A DNA stretch of 64,000 bases from an uncultured delta proteobacterium (lineage in GTDB: Bacteria; Desulfobacterota; Desulfobacteria; Desulfobacterales; QNYZ01): positions 768,001 to 832,000 of the forward strand of contig CAWJQU010000005.1 in assembly GCA_963845145.1 (NCBI GenBank). The letters run 5' to 3'. Position 1 is the stretch's first letter; every line of letters begins with the position of its first letter. The translations under genes and the position numbers were made by a program. Below the pieces are notes generated by a model that was not told where the DNA came from, did not search any database, and saw nothing but the letters and a program-made list of their open reading frames with translations. Shown piece by piece: positions 50,236 through 59,746 of the stretch.

Positions 50236-51357
50236 TTAAAAGTCGTTAAAATAGGTGATAGGGTCAACAATATTGATGTGATTATGGGTATATGGATATT
50301 TGAGCTTTGCCACAATTTGAGTGGCTTTAGGTGGATTTAATTTTTTCGCGTAATATTTCAAATGATTTGAGACGGTATCGTCAGCGAACTTCACCTCAAT
50401 CAGCTCTTCAATCCGCCCCTCTTTTAAGATAACAAAATCGATCTCACGCCCCTCCTTATCCCGAATATATCTCAACTCAAAACGATATCCGTCCCGATCT
50501 TCCAAAAAATGAAGCTTTTTTAGCAGATGAGATGCCACCAAGTTTTCAAAAATGGCCCCCTCATCGCCGATGATATCGCCATTATCAAAAAAAAACACTT
50601 TTGGTGGCTTTTTCACCGCTCGGGGTAAATTTCGGGTATATGGTCGGACGGCAAATAACAGATACATCCGTTCCAATATATCAAGCCAACTTGATACGGT
50701 TTTGGGAGACACACCAATATCATTAGCGATATTGGATGCCACCACCAAATTTCCCACCCGGTGCCGCAGTTGATCCAATAAAAGGCTGAGTCGTGAAATT
50801 TCACGGACCGATTCAAGATCCCGGACATCCTCACGCAAAACCCGGTCAAATCGTTCCCGGCGCCACCTTCGGGCCTCTCGTTCGTCACCATCCAAAAACG
50901 GTTCCGGAAAACCACCCACCGTCATCAATCGTTTAAAGGCCTCTTGGGCGGACATTTCCTTAGGGTATTCATCCAGCCCAAAAGGGTGCAGCCGCCAATA
51001 GTGATACCTGCCCAGCAGTGAATCGCCACCCCTGCGGTAGACATCCAACCGCGCCGATCCGGTTACAAGAAAGCGCGTATCGGTTTCGCTGGTATCGTAC
51101 ACCCCCTTAATCCAGTTTTTCCAGTCGGGGTATTTGTGTATTTCATCAAAAATAATCAGGCTGGCGTCTTCGGTCCATTTCTTGCCCAATATACTTTGCC
51201 GGTCTTCATCAAGATCCCAGTTAAAATATCTACCGGATGGACCATTTAGGCTTAGCAGTGATTTAGCCAGCGTTGTTTTTCCAACCTGCCTTGGGCCACC
51301 GATAAAAACCATTTTACGCGTCAGGTCTCTGCGTATCTGTTCATCAATATATCTCAT
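50236..51357 (-). CDS. AAA_14-type ATPase with DUF4143-like C-terminal domain
   Basis: GPRQVGKTT, FDEIH, TGS, GGFP, K.FFFDNG, FEN, EIDF...IEVK. Confidence 0.88.
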   Translation of the reverse strand: MRYIDEQIRRDLTRKMVFIGGPRQVGKTTLAKSLLSLNGPSGRYFNWDLDEDRQSILGKKWTEDASLIIFDEIHKYPDWKNWIKGVYDTSETDTRFLVTGSARLDVYRRGGDSLLGRYHYWRLHPFGLDEYPKEMSAQEAFKRLMTVGGFPEPFLDGDEREARRWRRERFDRVLREDVRDLESVREISRLSLLLDQLRHRVGNLVVASNIANDIGVSPKTVSSWLDILERMYLLFAVRPYTRNLPRAVKKPPKVFFFDNGDIIGDEGAIFENLVASHLLKKLHFLEDRDGYRFELRYIRDKEGREIDFVILKEGRIEELIEVKFADDTVSNHLKYYAKKLNPPKATQIVAKLKYPYTHNHINIVDPITYFNDF

Positions 51358-51363
51358 GCGGCT

Positions 51364-51391
51364 ATTTTACACTCTATTCCAATTTAGTCAA
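51364..51391 (-). promoter_or_regulatory. Sigma-70 promoter giving a probable leaderless mRNA
   Basis: TTGACT-N16-TAAAAT, then 6 nt to ATG 51357; no SD. Confidence 0.6.
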
Positions 51392-51414
51392 GGCCATTTT
51401 GGATTAGAGGTTAA

Positions 51415-51573
51415 AACGGCCAGGCGGGTATTAGTCCCGAAATGGCGTTGAGGCTGTCAAAGGTTTTCGGTCGTTCGCCCGAAGGATGGCTAAAACTCCA
51501 AATACAGTACGATCTTTGGGTGAAAAGTCAAAGTGTTGATCTGGAGGGTTTGAAGCGCTATAAAGCCGCGTAG
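51415..51573 (+). pseudogene. higA: 5'-truncated HigA antitoxin remnant
   Basis: NGQAGISPEMALRLSKVFGRSPEGWLKLQIQYDLW...*; in-frame TAA at 51412 directly upstream. Confidence 0.8.
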
Positions 51574-51624
51574 CAATTTTTATAGCAGAGATCGGGATAA
51601 TGTTAAGTAAATAGACAATTATAG

Positions 51625-52281
51625 ATGGTAACTCAATCAACACCAACCTGTCCCAAGTGTGGGTACCAAGCGACATCATCCGACGATCCTTTGGTAAAAG
51701 GGCCGATGGAGCGGCGTGAATGCCCGGCTTGTGGTATCTATTTAGCTAAATATCTCAAACTGAAACAGAGCCGTGCGGTCCATCCAGACAATGTGTGGGA
51801 CCCCGGTCAGGTTTCCCACGCGTTACCGTCCACTGCTTCAAGCGCTAAAATCAGGGTCGGCAAGGCGATGGGAATGCTTGCCGCCGTTTTACTGTTGATC
51901 TATGGCGGCATTCAATGGAACAAATGGTCGCTTAGTCAGCTTGGGGATGCCACGGGTTTTAAACCTGTGCCATGGATCGTTGGGGCTAGTAGCGGTGAGG
52001 TGCTGATCATCGGCCCCACTTGAAATCGCGCCCCAGGTCAAAAAACTTGGCAGTTGGTCGAGAGCGTCACAATGAAGGGTATTCCCAGTCGGGCCACATC
52101 TTCATGGCAATTGGATATTCAAAAATTAAAATCCGATCCTGATGAACGAGATAAAATAAACGGCTGGAAACACGTTTCCGCCGGTGGTTCCCCGATCGTG
52201 TTTATAAATGGCCGGGCCAAAGCTCAGCCAACTGTGGAAGAAATCGTCACCGCCTATCAGCACACCGCCAAGCACCAATAG
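51625..52281 (+). CDS. Zinc-ribbon + TM + glutaredoxin-like protein with in-frame TGA at 52021 (candidate selenoprotein, or nonsense pseudogene)
   Basis: CPKC...CPAC, one TM helix, EVLIIGPT-(TGA)-NRAPG...KGIP...SPIVFING; ORFs 51625-52023 and 52054-52281 share one frame. Confidence 0.6.
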
Positions 52282-52371
52282 CGGTTTTGAAATAGATACC
52301 CATAGCGCCTGTGCCTGCAGTTGAATGATATGGTGTGCAGCCCGAAAGAAGCCGACGCTTTCAAAGAACTT

Positions 52372-53913
52372 CTACAACCGCTTCACCGGCCCTGCCGCTA
52401 ATAGATAGAGTAAGGCGGAATCTTGATTCAGACCAAGCAGCTTTTGGGCGTCACCATCGTAGAGCGCGCCGATGCCGCAGCATCCCAACCCCAGCGCTGT
52501 GGCGCCCAGGTAAATCAGTTGCCCCAGACGACCGGCATTGAGCATGGCGTAACGGTAGCCACGAGGGCCGTAGTGGCCGTCAATCGCTTTCAGATTGGCC
52601 ATCAATAGAAAATGGACCGTGGCATGGGACAGCCACTTCTGATCCAGGCAAACCGATGTCATCGGTTCGATAAAGCGACCGGCCAAGACCTGTCCGAAAC
52701 GTCTATTCTCAGGATCGAGAAGGTAAAATCCGGGGTCAACCCCTTGGATATTCTCAGTTAAAAACCCCAAACGAAGGCAGGCAAATCGATTTTCAGGGCC
52801 ATCCTGCCCATGGGACCGGCACAAAAGATTGAGCAATGACAGGAATGTTTCTTTCGCCAGGGGCTCTTTCACGTAGTTTCGTTTCGATCGACGATTCATA
52901 ACCGACCAGGCAAAAGGGTGTTCATCTCGATCTTCGTCTGTGGATTCGATGGGTTGCCATGATGTCGAAGCAACGCCGATGTCGTTGGTGACCAATGGTT
53001 GATCTTTGGGAGACGATGTTCCCCTAAAGCCACCTCGATAGGCACCCAGAATCTCATCATAGGTGACCTCGGCATTGGACACCTGCCCGGCGGAGATGAT
53101 TTCGGATGGTAACGACTCCGGCTTCGATGACGTGATTGAAGCAAGACTGAGGCTTGCCCCAGCATTCACACAAACCAATCCCGCTTCCCGGTTTTCATCC
53201 AACCCGATCAGCTCACCCAGGGCTTCATCGTTGAAATCGTAGTGACAGGTAAATGGCACATTTTCTAACGCCAGCGCCAAAACCAGGTTTTCAAGAACAT
53301 GCCCGGTATCCAGCAGTACGTACCGAAACGCGCGCGCCCGATATTTCCAGGCGCTCTTAAAGAAAATACCGGAAAGGTAAAGCGATATGGCCGGCAATCG
53401 CTCCGGATCGGTCGTCAAGCCCAGATCGGTTGGATAGTGTATGATCCCACCCTGTCGGAGCGGGGTGAGGCCAAAATGGTCTGCACCGAAATGGTAAATG
53501 CCCGGTTTTAAATCGGGTTTTAAACCGTCGTTCTTAAAAACGCCTGTGTAGATTTCCGTTGGATAGAGGGCGCCGGCTGATGCCTGGGCGCGGAAATAGA
53601 AATCCTGTCCCCCTTGTCGACTCCTGGCGGTAATACCGCCGGCCAGATACAACACCCGTGCCAGCCCATCCTTGCCGAGCATGGTAGGTTCCGACGTCGC
53701 GCCCGGTTGTGACACCAGCGACCACAACGATTTTTCGGGAAATGAGGCAACGGGCTCGAACGTCTCGACGGCCATTTGTCGATATTGCTTAAACGGTATC
53801 GGCTGGTTGGCCCAATCCATATAGTGACCACTCATGCGATGACGGTCATAGGCGGTTTTCCAATGGTAGTCGGCACCGCCCTGGGTCAACGGGGTCAATC
53901 GGTTAGTATCCAT
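52372..53913 (-). CDS. SagB/ThcOx-like tandem nitroreductase-fold protein
   Basis: DWANQP..FK.Y, RAQASAGALYP.E, WKYRARAFRY..LDTGH; second repeat RRSKRNY...YGPRGYRY. Confidence 0.85.
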   Translation of the reverse strand: MDTNRLTPLTQGGADYHWKTAYDRHRMSGHYMDWANQPIPFKQYRQMAVETFEPVASFPEKSLWSLVSQPGATSEPTMLGKDGLARVLYLAGGITARSRQGGQDFYFRAQASAGALYPTEIYTGVFKNDGLKPDLKPGIYHFGADHFGLTPLRQGGIIHYPTDLGLTTDPERLPAISLYLSGIFFKSAWKYRARAFRYVLLDTGHVLENLVLALALENVPFTCHYDFNDEALGELIGLDENREAGLVCVNAGASLSLASITSSKPESLPSEIISAGQVSNAEVTYDEILGAYRGGFRGTSSPKDQPLVTNDIGVASTSWQPIESTDEDRDEHPFAWSVMNRRSKRNYVKEPLAKETFLSLLNLLCRSHGQDGPENRFACLRLGFLTENIQGVDPGFYLLDPENRRFGQVLAGRFIEPMTSVCLDQKWLSHATVHFLLMANLKAIDGHYGPRGYRYAMLNAGRLGQLIYLGATALGLGCCGIGALYDGDAQKLLGLNQDSALLYLLAAGPVKRL

Positions 53914-53935
53914 CTCGCCCTCCTCGCCGAATATA

Positions 53936-54760
53936 TTATCGCCAGGTGACCTTTGGATCGTTTCTAAGCGGCAACCGGCGGTAACTGTATTTAGAATAAC
54001 CCACCATCATGGCGCCATAGGAGATATGGCCTTCGGGAAGTGAAAGCGCCGCCTGCAAAGGGGGCCATAAATTGGCAGCCGTGTTGAAGTATCCCGCCCA
54101 ACAAGCCCCGAGACCCAAGGGCACAGCGGCCAGTTCGAAATAGGCCAGGGCGATGGTACACGCCACGGGAGCGGTGCGATCATCTTTGGGGGCGTGGGCA
54201 ACCACCAGATGGGGCGCATCCCGACAAATTCGATCCTTTCCACCATCCCAGGCGGAAACAAGCAGGTCCAAATGCATAGCGGCGGCCAATGGGGATTTTT
54301 CTTTAATCAAATGGCGCATCCAGTCAACCACAAGCCCGGATAATTTTTGCACATCATCACGATTGTAAATAACGTGCCAATGGACCGGTTGTAGATTACG
54401 TGCCGATGGTGCATAACGGGCGATATCGATGAGCCGCGTTATTTTCGCTTTTTCAACCGCACGATCTTTATAGACCCGAATGGATCGGCGATAGCGCAAA
54501 AATTGTTCCATCTGCTCGGGGCTTAGCAGAAGTTCTTTTTGAACGGATGGACAATCGGCGGCGGCCATTTTTTGGTGAGACATGGCGCCTTTTGGGCAAA
54601 CCGCCACACAGTGGCCGCAGCGGATACAGGCCAACTCTCCATTTTCAACCAGCGATGGAAACGCTCCTTCCCCTTTTATTTCAATAACCTTTGCTGGGCA
54701 AACGTCGACACAGATCCCGTCGCGGTTGCATTGATCCTGATCTACAGTGATAAGTGCCAT
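53936..54760 (-). CDS. Ferredoxin-nitroreductase fusion
   Basis: CNRDGICVDVCP, CIRCGHCVAVCP, RRSIRVY, APSARNLQ, GLGACW. Confidence 0.9.
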   Translation of the reverse strand: MALITVDQDQCNRDGICVDVCPAKVIEIKGEGAFPSLVENGELACIRCGHCVAVCPKGAMSHQKMAAADCPSVQKELLLSPEQMEQFLRYRRSIRVYKDRAVEKAKITRLIDIARYAPSARNLQPVHWHVIYNRDDVQKLSGLVVDWMRHLIKEKSPLAAAMHLDLLVSAWDGGKDRICRDAPHLVVAHAPKDDRTAPVACTIALAYFELAAVPLGLGACWAGYFNTAANLWPPLQAALSLPEGHISYGAMMVGYSKYSYRRLPLRNDPKVTWR

Positions 54761-54776
54761 ATTCGATACTCTCCTA

Positions 54777-55226
54777 TTAAAGAAATTTGTTGTTTTCCAT
54801 CGCCAACCCCTTGCCGGGCAGACTCATCAAGGTTGACGTACCGTGGGCAATGAGGTGCCCATGCTCATTTTTCACATGGGCTTCTGCGTAGCTGATCTTT
54901 TTTCCCGAACGAATCGACCGGCCTTGGGCGACCAATCGCCCGCGATCGACTGGTTTGAGATAGTTCAGCTTCAAATCGATATTGACCAATCCGTCCGCTT
55001 CCGGGATGCGCATAAATACCGCCCAGAAAGTGGCCGTATCGATCAACGTGGCCACCACGCCGCCGTGGATAATACCGTATGGCTGCATGTGACGCCGGCC
55101 GATATCCAGCTCGATGGCGGCTTGATCCAGATCGATCTCCTTGAGTCGCATTCTCATATGGGTAGGATAGGGGCTGGTATTTACAACCTGATATAACTCA
55201 CGGATAAAAGCAGGATTGGGTGTCAT
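54777..55226 (-). CDS. PaaI-family thioesterase
   Basis: QPYGIIHGGVVATLID, DLKLNYLKP. Confidence 0.9.
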   Translation of the reverse strand: MTPNPAFIRELYQVVNTSPYPTHMRMRLKEIDLDQAAIELDIGRRHMQPYGIIHGGVVATLIDTATFWAVFMRIPEADGLVNIDLKLNYLKPVDRGRLVAQGRSIRSGKKISYAEAHVKNEHGHLIAHGTSTLMSLPGKGLAMENNKFL

Positions 55227-55622
55227 CAGCGTTCATGTCTCCGGCATCGGTTGGGTTAACAGAGAAGTGAAATGATAACACATCGATAAGATATTGGTAA
55301 ACGATCTTGACCGAGACTATTCGGTATTCGTTCAAAAAAGAATGGTCACACCCAGAGGCTTAAGTATCATACCTGGCCTTCCCGTTTGGTGTTCGAGATT
55401 CGCAAATAGCGAATAAATAGTACCCATTGATTTGAACTCTGCCATGAAATTAAAATATGCTGATACTGCTCGAGCTGTATCAGAACCCGTTAATAAATGG
55501 CAGCATCCATGATTCAATTATTAAAAATATGAGAAAACAATATGGATGTAATAATACCCTTAAATAAAGCGATTTTTTGTTGCAGGTTTTGGCAGGTGCT
55601 TGATCAATAGTCTTGCATGGAA

Positions 55623-55700
55623 GCGGGTTCGACCCCCGCCGCCCATACCATTAATTCTAAATATTTCGAATATTTACAACATCACGGCCCATTCGGTAAA
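55623..55700 (+). repeat. att-like site A: degenerate tmRNA/tRNA 3'-end core plus right arm
   Basis: GCGGGTTCGACCCCCGCCGCCCATACCA (T-arm, acceptor strand, CCA); downstream arm resembles 61737-61787. Confidence 0.6.
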
Positions 55701-55979
55701 AATTTAGCGAACCTCTCTTGAGATTTGCTTTTTTATTTTGGCCTATTTCTCATGGGGGAATGCGCTTTCCTGAGATAATCTCTGTTGGTGCGACAGATTT
55801 CGTTGGTTGTTATTGGTTTGGTTGAGAGGCCTTATTGCTATAAAAGGTTTATCCGTGGCGATCAGAACCGATCTATTAACTGACGTTGAATTCATAGGTT
55901 TTTACGGAAGGCATGGGAACAAAAATCCTGCGCAATGTTATAAAATTCTTGGTGCCGTCATTTCTAACCAAAAATTATT

Positions 55980-57035
55980 TCACTCTAAAACTCTGGTTTC
56001 ACCGATTTTAAAGATCCATAAACGCTTTGGACCAAACTCTTTTTCTAATGCCATTTTATTAAATAATTCCGCTGGTTCACAAAGTGGCTCCTCTGATAAA
56101 TCTATTGTTCCCCAATGGATAGCTATCATGGTTTGGGCCTTTAAATCCAACCCTGCTTGAAATGATTCCATTGGATTCATGTGATTGTTAAATCCATATT
56201 TTCGATTTCCATATGTTCCAATAGGTAGTAACGCGTAATCAAATCCGCCAATTTCAACTCCAATTTCCTTAAAGATAGTTGGTGAGAAGGCCGTATCCCC
56301 GGCAAAAAAAAGTTTCTTATTGGAAGAGAGAATTGACCATGAACACCAAAGCGTCTCGTTTTTATCAAAAAAACCGCGGCTGGAATAATGAACCATTGGA
56401 TGTGAAGTAAACTTAAAGTCCTTTACCGTTAAGGCATGGTGCCAATCGAGCTCATGAATCTTAACATAACCTTTGTCCCTGAAAAACTCTCCAATTCCCA
56501 GGGGTACACAGACTTCAACATCCTGCTTATTCGGAAGAGATTCAATAAAATCAGCATCCAGGTGATCATAATGATTATGAGATATTACGATAATGTCCAC
56601 TGCAGGTAAGCTTTTTGCAGTAATTCCTGGCGGGACAGATCTGCGCGGTCCGAAAATCCCAGGACCGGCACGTTTAGAAAAAAAAGGATCCGTCAAGATC
56701 ACTTTCCCATCAATCTTAAGCAAAGCGGTACTTTGTCCTATCCAGGTAATGGTATCTTCTTTCCCTAGTTTTTTGAGTTGATCAATGGCCCTTTTCTCGT
56801 CAATTAAATGGTTGGATGGAATTTTATCTGATTTTGATGATGAAAATATTCTATTCCAGATAAATTTAAAACCTTGCGTATGAGCTGGTTCGATAAACGG
56901 AAAATTTCTAAAACCGTTCTCAGCATGATGTTTTGGTTTATCCCCTGCCCACAAATCATAATGAAAGGATGATGAACACCCGATTAAAAAAGATACAAAA
57001 ATAATAATACATAGTTTGCGGTTGAAAATAGTCAT
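55980..57035 (-). CDS. MBL-fold metallo-hydrolase (RomA/NAPE-PLD-like), putative lipoprotein
   Basis: LIGC lipobox-like, TWIGQS, LTDP, SHNHYDH, FAGDT, IHWGT; AT-rich. Confidence 0.88.
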   Translation of the reverse strand: MTIFNRKLCIIIFVSFLIGCSSSFHYDLWAGDKPKHHAENGFRNFPFIEPAHTQGFKFIWNRIFSSSKSDKIPSNHLIDEKRAIDQLKKLGKEDTITWIGQSTALLKIDGKVILTDPFFSKRAGPGIFGPRRSVPPGITAKSLPAVDIIVISHNHYDHLDADFIESLPNKQDVEVCVPLGIGEFFRDKGYVKIHELDWHHALTVKDFKFTSHPMVHYSSRGFFDKNETLWCSWSILSSNKKLFFAGDTAFSPTIFKEIGVEIGGFDYALLPIGTYGNRKYGFNNHMNPMESFQAGLDLKAQTMIAIHWGTIDLSEEPLCEPAELFNKMALEKEFGPKRLWIFKIGETRVLE

Positions 57036-57060
57036 TGATTCTATGCTCGTTTTTTCATTG

Positions 57061-57184
57061 CGCCAAGTTTAGGGACCGGGCGATTTTAACCTGATGTTTT
57101 TAGAAAACAAATTGCTTTTGTTAAACCGCATAATTTCGAAAAGCCGCGATGTAAACCAGGTCCCCCTCGAACGACTGGTTACGC
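57061..57184 (-). mobile_element. Solitary integron attC-like site (~124 bp), R' box degenerate
   Basis: Minus strand GCGTAAC-CAGTC-GTTCGAGGGGGACC ... GGTCCCTAAACTTGGCG; begins 18 nt after the GNAT stop. Confidence 0.65.
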
Positions 57185-57202
57185 ACGAATTGGCTTATCA
57201 AA

Positions 57203-57784
57203 TCATGTTCTTGAATCTCTTAACATATATCGATTTTTGACCATGAATATTTCGGATTCACGAACAACTATAAATCCGAATTTCTCGTAAAAGCGTACAT
57301 TTTTATCCCCCTCTGTTTCCAGGTAAGCTTTTGCAGAGCAAGCATCCACTTCCCTGCAGAAACGCTCCATAAGCATGGAACCAACACCTGATCCCTGATG
57401 ACTCGGCAGCACACCTATCGGTCCAAGATGCCAATGTTGCTCCAGTGGATCGTGACAGCCCCACTCCGCATGCCATACAGACTTGCGCCAGCCAATATCA
57501 CTTTCATCGATTGCGCCTTTGGGGACATCCGCGACTTTACGTCCCTGGCAGGACTTCATCCTCATCACCCCGATAGTGTTATGGTTTTGTTTTGCCAGGA
57601 ATACGATGCCAGGCAATTCCATCAAAAGTCCACGAAACATTTTTTTAATTTCCATGCGCTGTTTTTCACCCTTCCCCCGAAAGACAGCTACATGGAGAGG
57701 ATTGTCGACCATGGCGACACTGAGAACGTTTGCCGATTCCTTGATATCACTATTTTCCATAAATGAAATCTGAACAGTGCCCAT
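57203..57784 (-). CDS. GNAT-family N-acetyltransferase
   Basis: HWHLGPIGVLPSHQGSGVGS, AYLET...NVRFYEKFGF. Confidence 0.9.
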   Translation of the reverse strand: MGTVQISFMENSDIKESANVLSVAMVDNPLHVAVFRGKGEKQRMEIKKMFRGLLMELPGIVFLAKQNHNTIGVMRMKSCQGRKVADVPKGAIDESDIGWRKSVWHAEWGCHDPLEQHWHLGPIGVLPSHQGSGVGSMLMERFCREVDACSAKAYLETEGDKNVRFYEKFGFIVVRESEIFMVKNRYMLRDSRT

Positions 57785-57936
57785 ATGTCTTCCTTTTTGG
57801 GGATAGATATACTAAGCCATTTCCTCAATAATTTACAAACGAATGTTCAAATTCAGATGGTGATGGTGATGAGTTATGAGTGTCGCAAGATCGTCTCTAA
57901 GCAGTGCCAGGGTCTCGTGTTTCTCTTTCCTCATGC

Positions 57937-58410
57937 TCAAAGAAGTGAAACCGCTATCGCCATACCCACTCCAAAGAACGCGTGATTAGCCAGGCTCGTT
58001 AAAGAACTTTTAACCCCTTCGGGAGATCGCAAGCCGAATATGCCAAAGCCCATCGAGGGGTATACAAGAAATAGAGAGGCCACCGTTGTCGTGACACCAT
58101 AGACAAATGTCCATATAGGGGACACGGGCCCGCCAACAAGGAAATCCCATCCGAGCACGAATGGGATCGCGAGTCCCACACCGATGGCGTAATGCGTTAA
58201 GTAACCATAAACCATCTCGTTGGGGACGGGTTCTATTTCGTCCGGATGGGTATACCGAAAGCGGCCGTTTGCCCATCCTACGGCCATCCTGCCAATAATC
58301 CTCACATCGATCTTGGAGATCACCCTATATCGGGCGAAGAGATGATTCAACGAATCCATTATCAACGTTCCCAACACGCCTGCAATAAATCCCGTTAGGA
58401 TAAGATCCAT
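57937..58410 (-). CDS. Small membrane protein (DUF2938-like)
   Basis: GTLIMD, IIGR, HYAIG, PSMGFG, SLANH..FG. Confidence 0.7.
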   Translation of the reverse strand: MDLILTGFIAGVLGTLIMDSLNHLFARYRVISKIDVRIIGRMAVGWANGRFRYTHPDEIEPVPNEMVYGYLTHYAIGVGLAIPFVLGWDFLVGGPVSPIWTFVYGVTTTVASLFLVYPSMGFGIFGLRSPEGVKSSLTSLANHAFFGVGMAIAVSLL

Positions 58411-58527
58411 TCCCCCCCCGATGCCCGCGCACGAGATAGTAGATTTCCTGCAATCAAACTGAACACATCAGTAATATAAAAAGATTTTGTAATAAACGTT
58501 GGTTAGCAACTAATTCTTATTAGCTAC

Positions 58528-58752
58528 TTAATTGTATACGATTTCTTGTGCTTCCTTTGTAACAGTACGCAGGTCTTTGCCTTCTATTTCCAATTCGATG
58601 CCAAACTTACGCTCGACCATCTTCTTAATTCTTCGGGGACCTAATTTGTATATGCCAAAGTCAAGTCCGTTCTCAATACAGTATTTCATTTGACCGGCAT
58701 ACCTTGCCTTGTTGAACCCGCAACCCAAAAATCGTACTTTTTCGCGTATCAT
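58528..58752 (-). CDS. Small hypothetical protein
   Basis: ~74-aa ORF just downstream of MarR, same strand, SD-like AGGGTGG. Confidence 0.5.
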   Translation of the reverse strand: MIREKVRFLGCGFNKARYAGQMKYCIENGLDFGIYKLGPRRIKKMVERKFGIELEIEGKDLRTVTKEAQEIVYN

Positions 58753-58769
58753 GTTCCACCCTTTAAGAC

Positions 58770-59249
58770 TCATTTTCTTTTGAATGCATTCTGCAATGTA
58801 TTTAAAAATCTTATGGCGTTGCGCTGTTCGTTTTCTGATAAAACAGATATAAGCTCTGAGCTTGATTCCTTAAAGGCATGCATGCATTTTTCCCAGGCAG
58901 CAAAACCTTCAGGAGTTTCGGAAAGCAGCGTCAAGCGACGATCATGAGAGGCAACCGTAACTCTAATCCATTTCTTCTCGAATAAAATTTTCACTATTTT
59001 CGAGACGTTTGATTTTTCAAACAGTAGTGTCTCGCCAAGCTCTTTTTGAGAGAGTGGTCCTTGCCAGACAATTTCGTTCAAAACGCTAAACTGTTGCTGT
59101 TTCAGACCAAATCGTTGACAAACGTGGTTCATTTCCCTTTGAAGAAAATGGCCACATTTTAATAACCTTTGAACGATTGTTGTCACATTTTCAGCCGGTG
59201 ACGAACTTTTTACATTCCTCTGGACTGACTTTTGATACCTTTTCTTCAC
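58770..59249 (-). CDS. MarR-family regulator
   Basis: GLKQQQFSVL, LSQKELG...KSNVSKIVK.L, DRR; GTG 59249 preferred because operator repeats occupy 59272-59328. Confidence 0.85.
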   Translation of the reverse strand: MKKRYQKSVQRNVKSSSPAENVTTIVQRLLKCGHFLQREMNHVCQRFGLKQQQFSVLNEIVWQGPLSQKELGETLLFEKSNVSKIVKILFEKKWIRVTVASHDRRLTLLSETPEGFAAWEKCMHAFKESSSELISVLSENEQRNAIRFLNTLQNAFKRK

Positions 59250-59612
59250 CTTTGGGCACACCTTAAATGGGATATTTAGTTTCCATTTCAACCAATATGT
59301 CAAAATGGTTTCTATGTCAACTAAATATTTCTCATTGTCATAAATTTAGAAGCGGATTCATTTGATTGGAATCAACCACCTGACTTGCCCATAAACCGAC
59401 CCAGGTTTCTATAAAAGATATGATAAGCCCGGTTAAGGAGGGCTGGATGGGATAGTCTGAACTGAGGAATGTTGCCAATATTCAACGGTTAGTGCAAATT
59501 GAAATATGCGTTAGAATGCTTTCGATATTGTCTGTTATAACCATGACGTCAAATCAGGCCAAATTCTAAATATAGTTTTTGGGCTGGTGGTGTGTGATGC
59601 ACTGAAAAAAGG

Positions 59613-59680
59613 ATATTCGGTAAACCGCTGCAAACCCTTGTGGCTGTATGGGCCAACGTAGGCTCGACTCCCGCCGCCTA
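59613..59680 (+). repeat. att-like site B: left arm plus core (68-bp direct repeat of 61664-61731)
   Basis: 61/68 identical to copy C by manual alignment; ends GGCTCGACTCCCGCCGCCTA, lacks CACCA. Confidence 0.85.
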
Positions 59681-59691
59681 TGATCCTATGC

Positions 59692-59743
59692 TTGACTAAA
59701 TATTAATACTTGACAAATTTGTCAAGACAATCTATTTAGTCAA
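59692..59743 (+). promoter_or_regulatory. Nested inverted-repeat operator/promoter of the AbiE-like pair
   Basis: TTGACTAAATA-N6-CTTGACAAATTTGTCAAG-N6-TATTTAGTCAA on one symmetry axis. Confidence 0.8.
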
Positions 59744-59746
59744 ATA

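Noticed and set aside
52372..53913. Azole RiPP (TOMM) cluster suggested by the SagB-like gene
   Set aside because: No YcaO, precursor peptide or exporter in the window; neighbours are a nitroreductase and a thioesterase.
55332..55517. 61-aa minus-strand ORF next to att site A
   Set aside because: TTG start, no recognisable motif; cannot be supported.
55560..55650. Complete tRNA or tmRNA gene ending in ACCA
   Set aside because: Only the T-arm and 3' acceptor strand are present; no matching 5' strand or cloverleaf upstream. The same holds at 59660 and 61710.
55980..57035. Metallo-beta-lactamase resistance gene
   Set aside because: Motifs (LTDP, HNHYDH, IHWGT) fit the RomA/NAPE-PLD-like branch of the fold, not class B beta-lactamases.
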